Under the pieces are notes generated by a model. The model had not been told where the DNA came from. It made no database searches and saw only the letters and a list, made by a program, of their open reading frames with translations. The position numbers and the translations under genes are program-made. Shown here piece by piece: positions 25,401 through 35,711 of a stretch of 64,000 nt of DNA. Origin of the DNA: a virus (lineage: Duplodnaviria; Caudoviricetes); IMG/VR virus record IMGVR_UViG_3300014039_000017, positions 64,001 through 128,000 of that record. One strand, 5' to 3'. Position 1 is the first letter of the stretch; the number at the start of each line of letters is the position of its first letter.

Positions 25401-28400
25401 ACAGCATTAGCGTTTTGATTTATGGATGATGGAACTTTTAATGGAAGTATTGCAACTAACGGATTTTCAGAAAACGAAGTTGATTTGTTAATTAAATGAT
25501 TATCTGAATACTGACATATAATTTCGTATAAAGAAAAAAATTTAAACAAATTTATAATTAGAATATCCGAAAAGTCTAGAAAATATTTCGATAATTTGAT
25601 TAAACCTTATATAATTCCAGAAATGGAATATAAATTAAAATACAAGTAATAAGACAATAGTTAGTGGATAAAACCTCGTGAACTCAGGGAAACTCCTTAA
25701 AGTCTTATATACCAAGCAATTATAGTAATATAATTGTGGATGAAGTAACTACTCATGTATGGTAACAAGTATAAGAATTGGACAATCCTGATCTAAGCTT
25801 CTGAAAAGAAGAAAGAGCAACGACTAATTTGTAGGGTTTAAGTAAACCCGAAGTGCGAGGAATCTAGAAATAGATTAAGATATAGTCTGATCTTTTACGA
25901 AAGTAAAAGAGATTATACGGAAACGGTATAATCGTAACACAAATGAATGCTAAAGAGCTAATATTAGCCAAAATTAACGCTACAGCCGATTTTGCTGATG
26001 CATGAACATTTTTGATTTCTACTGGAAGAACTCCAGAAGAAATATCAAAAATTATGATGTCTCCAATATTTTCTGTAGTACAAAAATATAGTCACTCAAA
26101 TCTATTCTCAACAATAGGCTTAACTAACAGTAAAAAAACAGCTATTGAATTTACACTAGGGTTAAAACAGTTATCTGGTATAAATCTTAGAGATTTAAAA
26201 CTTATAGTTGGGGCTTATAGAGGTAAGGGACTAACTTGAGATAATAAATGTTTCATAGATAAATTGTTATATGAAACCGAGAATGGAGAGATTAAATTAG
26301 ATTCTACTGGAAATCCAATTAGGAGGCAAGTAAAATTAGTTGATGATAAGTATTTAAGTTCAGAAGACGGAATATTTGTTCAGGGAAGCGAAGTACGTAA
26401 AAACATGTTTGAGTTATTTAGTGATCCTAATAACGCCAATAGTACAATAATATCTAAAATACTTCTTGAACATATTGATTATTTAAGAAAACATTCATCT
26501 GATTATAATGTTAATTCTGACGATTCGGATTATGATCCTAGTATAGAGGAAGACTATAATGAAATTGAAAATTATGAAAATGATTATCAAGATCAAGAAT
26601 ACGACTTAGAAAATGATGAGTTAAACGATGAAATAAATAATCAAGTTAATAATTCCGACTTTGGGTCTGATATAAAAATTAAGGTTACTCTAAATTCTCT
26701 TAATAATATAAGAAGATATGTATCAAAATGCATAATTCCTAAAAATGAACAAATCGCAAAAATTAATGAACAGGATCCAGAAGCTATTACAACTTTGACT
26801 GATTTCTATAATAACGTTCTCCCAGCGGTTGAAGAGCAAACAATCTTGGGGGCAATGCTCGGAGTAAATCAAGGACTTAAGAGTAAATTATCAGATTTTA
26901 TAGGCGTCCTTAAAAGAGTTGAAAACTTTGTAAACGCAAGAATCCCTAGAGATCAAAATGGTCCAATATACGAAGCATTTAATATAATTAAATTTTTAGA
27001 GGATGATGAGTACAGGCAAGACTGAATACAAAATTATGCATCAATGAAATCTTATAATAATATATTAAGAACTATTTCAGAAGTACCTAATTTTGCATCA
27101 ATGTATAAACAAAATGCTTTAACATATAGATTGGAATCCCATTCAGCAAGAAATAAAATTAATATTAAACTTGAAAAAGCGATACTTGAGTATAATAGAC
27201 GTGGAAGTTCTGCTACTAGAAAGTTAACTGGTGATGAATGAAGCGTTATGGATAAGTATACTAGAGATTTAATTTTAACTAATTGATTGCTTACACAGAA
27301 TATTAGTTTTACAATTCCAAGTAATCAAGATTTTTACGATAATGGAAATCTTGTATATATAAAAGATGATATTGATGATAATGGAAATGTAATTCATGAT
27401 CATTCTGATGCAAGAAAAATTAATTTAAATACATTTAGTGGACAAGCTTCATTTATAAGATACTTTGAAAATACATTATTTGACATATTAAAACAAAGGT
27501 ATGCTAATGATGAAGATAAGAAAGCATTTTTAAATAATGTCGTAGCATCTCCGGATTTTAGTAGTGTTTATAACCAAAAAACACATCATTTAAAGCTATC
27601 TATTAATTCTATGCTTGCAGATAAAAATCAAGGGTTAAAAACTATATACAGTGAAATCCTAAAAGCATTTAATAATCTTTCCACAGAAAAGATTCCAGAA
27701 CTAAATAACATGACTTTTGGAGATGCTTTATTTATATACAATTCTCTTGTTTATAAGAATGCATTTACAGAAAAAGGATTTACCAGATTATTTGAATCGC
27801 TAATATTTGATGAAAACTCAATAATTAATTCTTATGTAAGCTTTTTATCTGACCTAGATAGTAATACTATCGATACAGGATCTGCGAATGATCTAGATAG
27901 CGATCTTGAAATAAACGATAACGGAACATTTACTTGAGGAATGATAAGAGGTAATATAAATGATTTTCTTAGAAGATTGGCATTTAATCAAGTATCTGCT
28001 AATAAATTTGGGGTATCACTTAATAAAGATTCTGAAAAATCTATATCAGAATTAGCGTTTCAAGATATGTTTGGGCGTCCAACTAAAAACGAATATGGAA
28101 TGGACAAACCATCTATTTATATAGGTGTATCTAATGCAAATGATTGAACTTCAGAAATGCCTTGTATGACACAAGATTTTGAAGATGCTACATTTAGTTA
28201 TGGAGAAAATTATAACCAATCTAATTGTTATAGGTGAAATTCTGAAGTAGTAATAAGAACTGTTATTGACACTCTTGCAGATAGACTTAATTTGACAGTT
28301 GGGGACAATTCCGATTCCGATATAGTTTTATTTGATAGTAATAAATTACCATCATGAGCGGAATATAATAACGGAGTAGAATCACCAATAAGTTATAAGA

Positions 28401-29011
28401 GTTTCTCTGATTATATGAGAGTTATGAGGAGTTCTGCATTTATTAATAATGGTAAAATATTTATTAATACTAACAAAATGAATGTGGATACAACAGTACA
28501 CGAACTAATGCATATATTCTGTGCAAATCTTAAGTTTAATAAAAATGAGGATATAGTTAAACTATATTACGATGCTATTGATGCAGCTAATAATTTATAT
28601 AAAACTAAAATGCGCAAAGAATACGTTGAAATGCGAGAGCAATACAATGGTGATTATGGTTCAGATTTCAAGGAAGAGTTGCTAGTTAAACTAATGTCAG
28701 ATCAATTTACTCATTCATTTAAAAATAGTTTTGGATCACAAAAATGAGTTGATGATATAAAATCTGAAATAGTTAATACAATTAACCAAATTTTTGCTTC
28801 AAATGTAAAAGAGGATATAAATGTAAAGAAATTAGGTGATACAAGATTAGCTGATTTCTTGCAGGCATTTAATTCTAAATTATTTGATACAGATGGAAAT
28901 AACCTTTTAGCAAATATGCAGCTTGATCAAGAAATGAAGACCATTAAGCGAATTCTTATTAATAATGCAGAAGATCCTACTAAAAATAGTAAAATAGAAT
29001 ATAATTGTTAA
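16420..29011 (+). CDS. Virion-packaged two-barrel RNA polymerase (crAss-type) with C-terminal zincin-like domain, 3353 aa after splicing
   Basis: Exons 16420-22482, 23727-24659, 25946-29011 (TGA=Trp). Splicing restores RIPTQ...GS|DYDIDK (catalytic DxDxD) and SAATD|NAKELILAKIN. Also DAMDGSG, KSAIKVG, GVQMDADH. HELMH...EE at ~28500-28680. Confidence 0.9.
22483..23726 (+). mobile_element. Group I intron 1 in RNA polymerase gene
   Basis: 5' exon ends GGATCT (U), intron ends TTTAG (G). IGS TTGGATCC at ~23450 pairs with the exon end. Core elements GAACTGCGGGAAACTCC, GACAATCCGCAACCAAG, TCATCGACTATC, AAGATATAGTC. Removal restores frame and the DYDID motif. Confidence 0.92.
22556..23449 (+). CDS. Intron-encoded LAGLIDADG homing endonuclease with N-terminal HTH-like region, 297 aa
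   Basis: IIYGSMLGDM and GLAYW(TGA)FMDDG motifs; ends TAG 23447-23449. Confidence 0.9.
24707..24714 (+). promoter_or_regulatory. Intron-internal Bacteroidota-type promoter for the endonuclease
   Basis: TAAATTTG (TAnnTTTG) with CTTG 20 nt upstream, 23 nt before the ATG at 24738. Confidence 0.6.
24738..25649 (+). CDS. Intron-encoded LAGLIDADG homing endonuclease, 303 aa
   Basis: Fragments 24738 and 24981 in frame. FIRGSLLGDL and ALAFW(TGA)FMDDG; TAA 25647-25649. Confidence 0.9.
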
Positions 29012-29012
29012 T

Positions 29013-32000
29013 ATGCCTAATTGTAATATAAACTTAGTCTTAAAAGGCAAAGTAAATACTACATTTAATAGCGATAGAGAGCTTGATGCAGAATTGCTGC
29101 ATCGAGCCTCATCGCTTAAAAATTTGTATTTAAAAAGTAATAAAAAATTAGATAAAATATTTCAAACGCTATCTCCTCAAGAAGATGCTGAACAAAAAAT
29201 TAATGAGATTACTAGTATTTATAATAAAGCGTTAAAAGAGCGTGGTATTAATAAATCTAGAATAAAGTTGAAAGACGAGTTTGAAGAAGCTATAGAAGGA
29301 GACGATGATTATAATGGAGGTAAAATTTCTGGAACTATATCAATGTCTAATATAGTAAGCTTAATTGGAGGCAAAAAAGACTTGAGTGAAGCAGCAATTA
29401 CAGCTATTAATAAAGGTTATGAAGAAAACTTTAGAGTAAAAAAGTGTAAAGAACTTGGCTTAGAAGATTCAGAAATATATAATCCTACAATTACGGCTTT
29501 GTGAGAGCATGAAAAAGCTAAAAATATTTTTTCAGCTGAAATTGGTGAGGATGTTCATAAAATAATGGAGTTAATATTTAGACAAGTATCAGATCCATCT
29601 ATTAAAATAGACGAAAGCTCTTGTAAATATTTTAAGGGCTCGGTATTTACAGATACTTATAATGTGCTTAAAAATATTGCTGATAGAATTATTAAAGAAC
29701 ATCCAAATGCTAAATTCTATCCCGAATTTAGTGTATTATCGAAAACTTTAGATAATAATACACAAGAATCTCTAAAAGCCGCTAATGCGCCAGGAGTTAC
29801 ACAATGCTCAGGACGTTTGGACTTACTTATTTTAAATGAAGACGGATCTGTTGAAATATATGATTGAAAATCATCATTAAAACCAGTAGGAGATTGAGCT
29901 GAAACAAATAATAAAGTTTGTAACGAACACGGTTGACAATCTTCTGCTAAAAAAGCCTCTAATTTACTTCAAATTGGAGGTTATGCAGCCATACTTGAAC
30001 AATATGGTCTAGACGTAGGTGATAAAAAGTTAGTAAATTTTAAACTGGATTTTGATGTTGAGAAAGGCTCAGACGGAAAATGACATCCAGTTAATGTTAA
30101 AACAGTTAAATACGATACTCCTGTTGTTGGATCAAAAGGAATATTGCAAACATCTTTGGCAACGTCAAAACAACGACAAATGGAGTATGTATTTACTAAT
30201 AATAAATTTATTGATACAACATCATTAAATCCATCTAACGAGATGCTTAAAAATTTGTTTCCAGATACTGATTTGGCTAATACCAAAGTACAGCAGTTTA
30301 AAGCATCTATTGATTATTACAAGAAAAAACTTAATTTTATTAGAGAAATAACTGATCCTAATAGTAGTGCTTATAAGCAAGGTTTTAGATTCTATTTTGT
30401 AAAAGATGGGATTCCAACTCAAAGTAAAAACCTTGTATTCTGTAAAAACATGGAAGATGTTGACAAGCAACTTGAGAAGTATGTTTCTGAAATAGAAAAA
30501 TTCAAAAGCACAGAAATGACAGCTTTTGCAAAAAACTTACAAAAGGTAATGGATACTAAAGGTCAGTCTGATAATGCTATATATGGTGATTGGCTTAATG
30601 CATTTGGTGAAGAACAGCAACAATTCTTAATAACAGAATTTAAAAAATATTATAATAATGGATGAAACTTTGTTGCAGATGACGCATTAAATTCAAATGG
30701 AATATTTTTATTTAATAAAAACGACCAAATGGATATGATTATTTTGGATTCACATAATGTCAGACAACAATTAACCATAAACGGACAAACAAATATATGC
30801 GGAACAAAACTTAAAGATGGTGAAGATGGGACCGATCCATATAACCTCTTTAAAGCTGAATATGGTAATTTGTTACTAATGAAAGGAGTGTCAATTATTG
30901 CGTCAAATCCAAAACTTTTAAATAATTGTAAACTAAATACAATGAAAGTTATAAATCCATGACATTCTACAGAATTTATGTCATATTCTAATTCTAAACT
31001 TGTTAATAACTGAAACTTTTTAGCAAGGCATAATTCTGAGTATAAAATTCCAACTGTGTCAATGGATTGATTTTTTGATGACGTATCATCTTATATGAAT
31101 GTTGTTCTTGAGTTAAGTAACAGTCTTGAAAATAATATATTTATGGATAAAGCAAGACCTACTGCTGAAGATGCAAATTATAATAATGATACAATATCTG
31201 AAATGATGTGAGAAATGCGTAAGAATTACAAACAAACTTACGATGATCCACACACAGTTGAAGGAGCTGTTTATTTTAATTTATCACAAGCTTTACTTGC
31301 TTCTAATGGAATATCATTTACAGATGAAGAAGATTACGGTAAATATTTAAATTCCGGAATTATTCCTTCTGGAACTTATATTACAGCGGCAGACCAATCT
31401 AATTCAGTCGGAGTTAGAACAATGGGTAAATTAATGTCTAGATATAGAGACTTATATACTACTGAATTCACTAATATTGCAACCCAATTCTCGGAACTTG
31501 TAAGTAAGGTATTTAAAGCATGGGGCTTTAATCCTAGTATAGATAGTCCTACTGCATTTTGAAAACAATTTTTTGAGTTAGGAGATAATAATTCTCCTAA
31601 TCAAAAAGGTTTTAGATTAAAAAACCCAAATAGCTCATTTTTTACTACAGGAAGAACTAAAGAACAAACAGAAAGTGCCCAAAAATTAATTGAATTTATA
31701 GGTGATTATATGTTTAATTTTAAAAACACTAAAATGGGGCCAGAGCAAATTGAAATGGCAAAATTAAATGGATCTTATTATGAAATGCCTTTACAAGAAG
31801 CGAATACTGGGCAATTTATAAGAGACCAATATAAATCTAATGGTATTAAAGGTGTTTTAAAAGGAATAGTTCAAAATGTACGTTATAGAATTAAGCCAGC
31901 TGAGGAAGAAATATTTAGAGGCGGAAGAGTAAAACAAAGGCAATTTGAGAAAGAGAAAAGTGAGTACGCAGGAGCATTTAATAGATATACAGATATAAGT

Positions 32001-33692
32001 CCGAGAGAAAGAGAAGCATTACTTTTAGACCCAAATAGAGTATGAAATACAGATATTCAAACATTGTTTCTAGAAACCGCAGCCGCAGCTTGTGTTACAA
32101 AAGCATCTAAACAAATGATTCCACAATTTTTGGCTTACAAAAGCGCTGTGGTATGAGCCAATAGTATTGGTGGAGCTAAAACTCCAGAGCTTCTAGAATG
32201 AATGGATAAATACGTAGATAGTAAAGTGCTTCGTAGGAAAATTATGGATGAATCTCTTGATACAGTTAAAGATATAATAAATGCATTAAAGGGTTTTACA
32301 TCATTCATTACTTTAGGTGGTAATACTAGAGCTTTTGCGAGAGAGATGATAGTAGATATATACCAATCAAATACTAGAGCATTTACACAACAGCTACCAG
32401 GTGTAACAAACTCTGATTTTGCTGAAGCGGTAGCCCTTGTTGGACGGCATAAACCATTGACTCTTGAAGGCGAAAATATAATTACAGATATATGCAGAAG
32501 AATGGCAATGTCTTCATATTCTATGACAGAAATGGCAGAGTCTAGTAAAATTAAAAAATATGGAATTAGACAAGGATTCGATAAAATGGCATATTGGACC
32601 TCTTCTCTACCTGATGACTATTTTAGAATGGCAATTTGTGTAGCAAAAATGTTACACGATGGATGTTTCGATGCTTATGTAGAAGATAAAGACGGAGTAC
32701 ATTATGAAATATGAAAGGATAAACGATTTAATAAGCTATTTGATTCTAAAGGGAATATTATAGAGTCAAAAGATACTGATGATATAAAAACCTGAACGGA
32801 ACAAAACGAATTATACAAACAATATATTAACGCTTGAAAAATACAAGGAATAGATATTGAATATGGAGATACGTTACCAGATTGCTACTCGCCAGAAGAA
32901 AAAGCAACATTAAGAACAGCGGCATCTAGTTTGTTTGGATTCTTTGATACAGAAGATAAGTCTTTATTAACAGCTACTTTACTTGGTTCTGCATTTATGC
33001 AATTTAAAACATTTATGAGTGCTAAAATTAATCAGCACGCTAAATCGCCTGGATTCGAAAATCAGTGAAGGACATATATTGAAAAAGATAAAGACGGGAA
33101 AGAAATATGAATGATAGCTAGCACGGAAGAAGAAATAGCTAAGGGAGTTCCTCCGATTCAATATGTTACAAAAGATGAAGTAACTGAAGAAGATATTAAT
33201 AATAAAAATGCGAGACCTGTATTTGTAACAGAAGGAACTTATACTAAAGGTATGATACAAGCTACAGGAAGCGTTTTAATGCAAATAGCAAATTGTAAGT
33301 CTCAAGAAGAATTTAATAAAATACTTAGTGATCCTATTAACAGAGGCCAATTATTAAATGGCCTTATGGATACTTTAGGACTATTAATATTTGCTGCATT
33401 AATTAAAGCTCTATATGGAGAAGATGTTGTAAATAATAAATCTGAGCAAGATTGGTGAACACAATGATCCTATGGAGTGCTTATGGGATTTGCAGATGAT
33501 GGACCAGTTAATAAAGTAATAGGAAGCGTAGCAGGAAGTATAGAACCACCAGCAATTGGAATTATACAACAATGAGCTAATACTGCTGGATCTGTTTTAT
33601 CTGGAAGTAAATCTATTTGAAATGGTTTAGTTTCATCATTTGGTATGACTAGAGAATGGTCTGGTGCAGGTATTTTAAGTAAACAAAATTAG
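29013..33692 (+). CDS. Giant putative virion protein with RecB-like PD-(D/E)XK nuclease domain, 1559 aa (TGA=Trp)
   Basis: Eight same-frame fragments joined by TGA; TAG 33690-33692. Motifs IGEDVHKIME...PEF...GRLDLLI...IYDW(TGA)KSS...LQIGGYAAIL at ~29540-30000. Confidence 0.85.
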
Positions 33693-33694
33693 AG

Positions 33695-33742
33695 AAAAAA
33701 TAAGCCCCTAATACCAATTAAGGTACTAGGGGCTATATTTTT
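33695..33742. terminator. Bidirectional terminator between convergent genome arms
   Basis: AGCCCCTAATACC / GGTACTAGGGGCT hairpin (33703-33734) with an A-run on the left and a T-run on the right, in the 48-nt gap between convergent stops. Confidence 0.85.
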
Positions 33743-33998
33743 ACTTAGATTCTTCTTTTTCAGAATACTTTTCTACTTTATTTTTAATAAGTTCTATTGT
33801 AAGTGGACGAATATGCTCATCTATAACTCTTTTATATATACTTTTAAAAGAGTTGATATCTGGAGTTGTTCCATATTTTTCTAGTGACGCATCTAATGAA
33901 ACAACCGATGCAACCATACCAAAACATCCACCAAATAAAAATGCAATTATAAGAAGAATAATAACCGCGAGTATTGTAAACACAATTAACATAAACAT
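33741..33998 (-). CDS. Hypothetical protein with N-terminal transmembrane segment, 85 aa
   Basis: Hydrophobic first ~35 residues; overlaps the end of the upstream gene. Confidence 0.7.
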   Translation of the reverse strand: MFMLIVFTILAVIILLIIAFLFGGCFGMVASVVSLDASLEKYGTTPDINSFKSIYKRVIDEHIRPLTIELIKNKVEKYSEKEESK

Positions 33999-34672
33999 TT
34001 AATTTTATTAAAAAGATCTTTTAATGTTTCGGAATTATCAATTATATAATCGAACATATTAGACTTATATAACATATATATCTCCTGTTCTGAAGCGTGG
34101 TTCCCAGGAATAGCGGAAGGACGATTTATATAAATAGTAATTCCTTTTCTTTTTTTAATTTCATCATATTCAACTTTAAATCGCATATCAGATACAATAA
34201 TATTGTCATAAATATTGTTTAAAGTTGATTCGATTCATAATTTATCTCCAAAAATATCTCTTGCTATATTAGTTCCAAAAGCTTGTAAAAGTTGTCTAAT
34301 TGTAATAAATTTTGTTTTAAAGAAACTAAAATCTTTACTTTCGAGCATTTTATTAAACTTGTTATCTGAAATTGGAATTGCAGAATTAGTTAGAACAATC
34401 GGATCGAACATAATACACCAGCACTCTTTAAAGTACCTTTTATCAAACATTTTTCTATCAATTCCAGTAATCCCAGATAAACAATCCTTTAAATGATCTG
34501 CAAATGAAACTATTTTATATTTATAATTTATATAATTTCCAAAACATTTATAACATCAATATTGTCTAAGTACTTTAGGAACACTTAGACAATATTGCAA
34601 CATTTTAGAAACTTCATCTTTTCCTGAGTTTTTTAAACCACCTATAGCAATAAGTTTATTATCCTGTAACAT
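33986..34672 (-). CDS. Deoxynucleoside monophosphate kinase (T4 gp1-like), 228 aa (TGA=Trp)
   Basis: IAIGGLKNSGKD P-loop, SFADHLK, RQLLQAFGT, DKLW(TGA)I, IVSDMRF..E, HASE, IDN. Joins track ORFs 34235-34450 and 33986-34186. Confidence 0.88.
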
Positions 34673-35711
34673 TATATGAGATGTTAATTCCAAATTTATC
34701 TACAAAACCAGCTCTTTTAAGCTCATTTACTGCACTATCCAAATAATACTCACACCCATTTATATAAGTGTCTTTGATTAGTAACTTGTCTTCATCTGTA
34801 ACAGGGTCATTATCTCTTGGAACAATATTATACATCCTTAATGGAAAAGAACCAAATCCTCTCCAACCTATAGTATTTTTGACTTGCTCTATACCTACGC
34901 TATTCCATTCATTTAAGTAACGAACTTTATTTTCTCTAATTCCAAGCATAAACCTAACAGCATTAGGGGTTTTAGATATATTAAATCCTGTAAGCATTTT
35001 TAGACCTAAACCTCTAGTTGTTTCATCGGAGGAATCAAGCATATCACATATAGATTTATATGTATCCGGAGTTAATGCTCCAAAGTTATTATTAATAATC
35101 TTATCTAGCATTTTATCAGTAATTATGCATGTAGTTTTATTACTCAATACCATATCTACAGCTTTACCGAAACCACATAAAATACTATCGTTTGTACAAT
35201 ATCTTACAAATACTACATCTTCAGGAAATATCCTAGATTTAATGTTATCAATATAAGATTTTTGATCTTTTAAGAACAGTTCTTCCTCTTTTGTCTTTGA
35301 CCAAGGCGATATATAAATATTTGATTCAGTAAGAAGATAATAACATTCTTTTCCTCTATATAGAATGCATCTATTATTTAAAGAAGCGTCTTTCCATTTA
35401 TTGCTAATAACTATATAATCAGCTTTATCAGGAGATAAGCATCTACTAAATTTAGTATCAGACAGCTTAAATCTTGGAAACTCAGAACTAGGTGTAAAAT
35501 ATAGTTTATAACTAGATTTAGAACAATCTATATCTTTAGTGCAACTTTCTATATATCGTGTAATATTAATATTTTTTGTGTATAAAGCATAATCGTTACA
35601 CTTATGAAAAGTTGAGTTGCTAACACCCCAAAAGTTAGAAATATTAAATTCTGAAGAAAGCCTTCTAGTATCACAATTAACCTTAACTGGAATATTATTA
35701 TACGTTATCAT
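34659..35711 (-). CDS. Hypothetical protein, 350 aa
   Basis: Long intact ORF translationally coupled to the MoxR-like gene; no motif recognised. Confidence 0.8.
   Translation of the reverse strand: MITYNNIPVKVNCDTRRLSSEFNISNFWGVSNSTFHKCNDYALYTKNINITRYIESCTKDIDCSKSSYKLYFTPSSEFPRFKLSDTKFSRCLSPDKADYIVISNKWKDASLNNRCILYRGKECYYLLTESNIYISPWSKTKEEELFLKDQKSYIDNIKSRIFPEDVVFVRYCTNDSILCGFGKAVDMVLSNKTTCIITDKMLDKIINNNFGALTPDTYKSICDMLDSSDETTRGLGLKMLTGFNISKTPNAVRFMLGIRENKVRYLNEWNSVGIEQVKNTIGWRGFGSFPLRMYNIVPRDNDPVTDEDKLLIKDTYINGCEYYLDSAVNELKRAGFVDKFGINISYNVTG

Larger units (their letters stand above)
24660..25945 (+). mobile_element. Group I intron 2 in RNA polymerase gene
   Basis: Exon ends CCACTGAT, IGS GTTAGTGG at ~25660, intron ends AAATG. 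Core GAACTCAGGGAAACTCC, GACAATCCTGATCTAAG, CAACGACTA, AAGATATAGTC. Restores ATD|NAK. Confidence 0.92.

Noticed and set aside
1166-33692. Mass pseudogenisation or sequencing errors explaining the fragmented ORFs
   Set aside because: Outside the two introns, breaks are TGA, frame is preserved and motifs are intact; recoding explains them.
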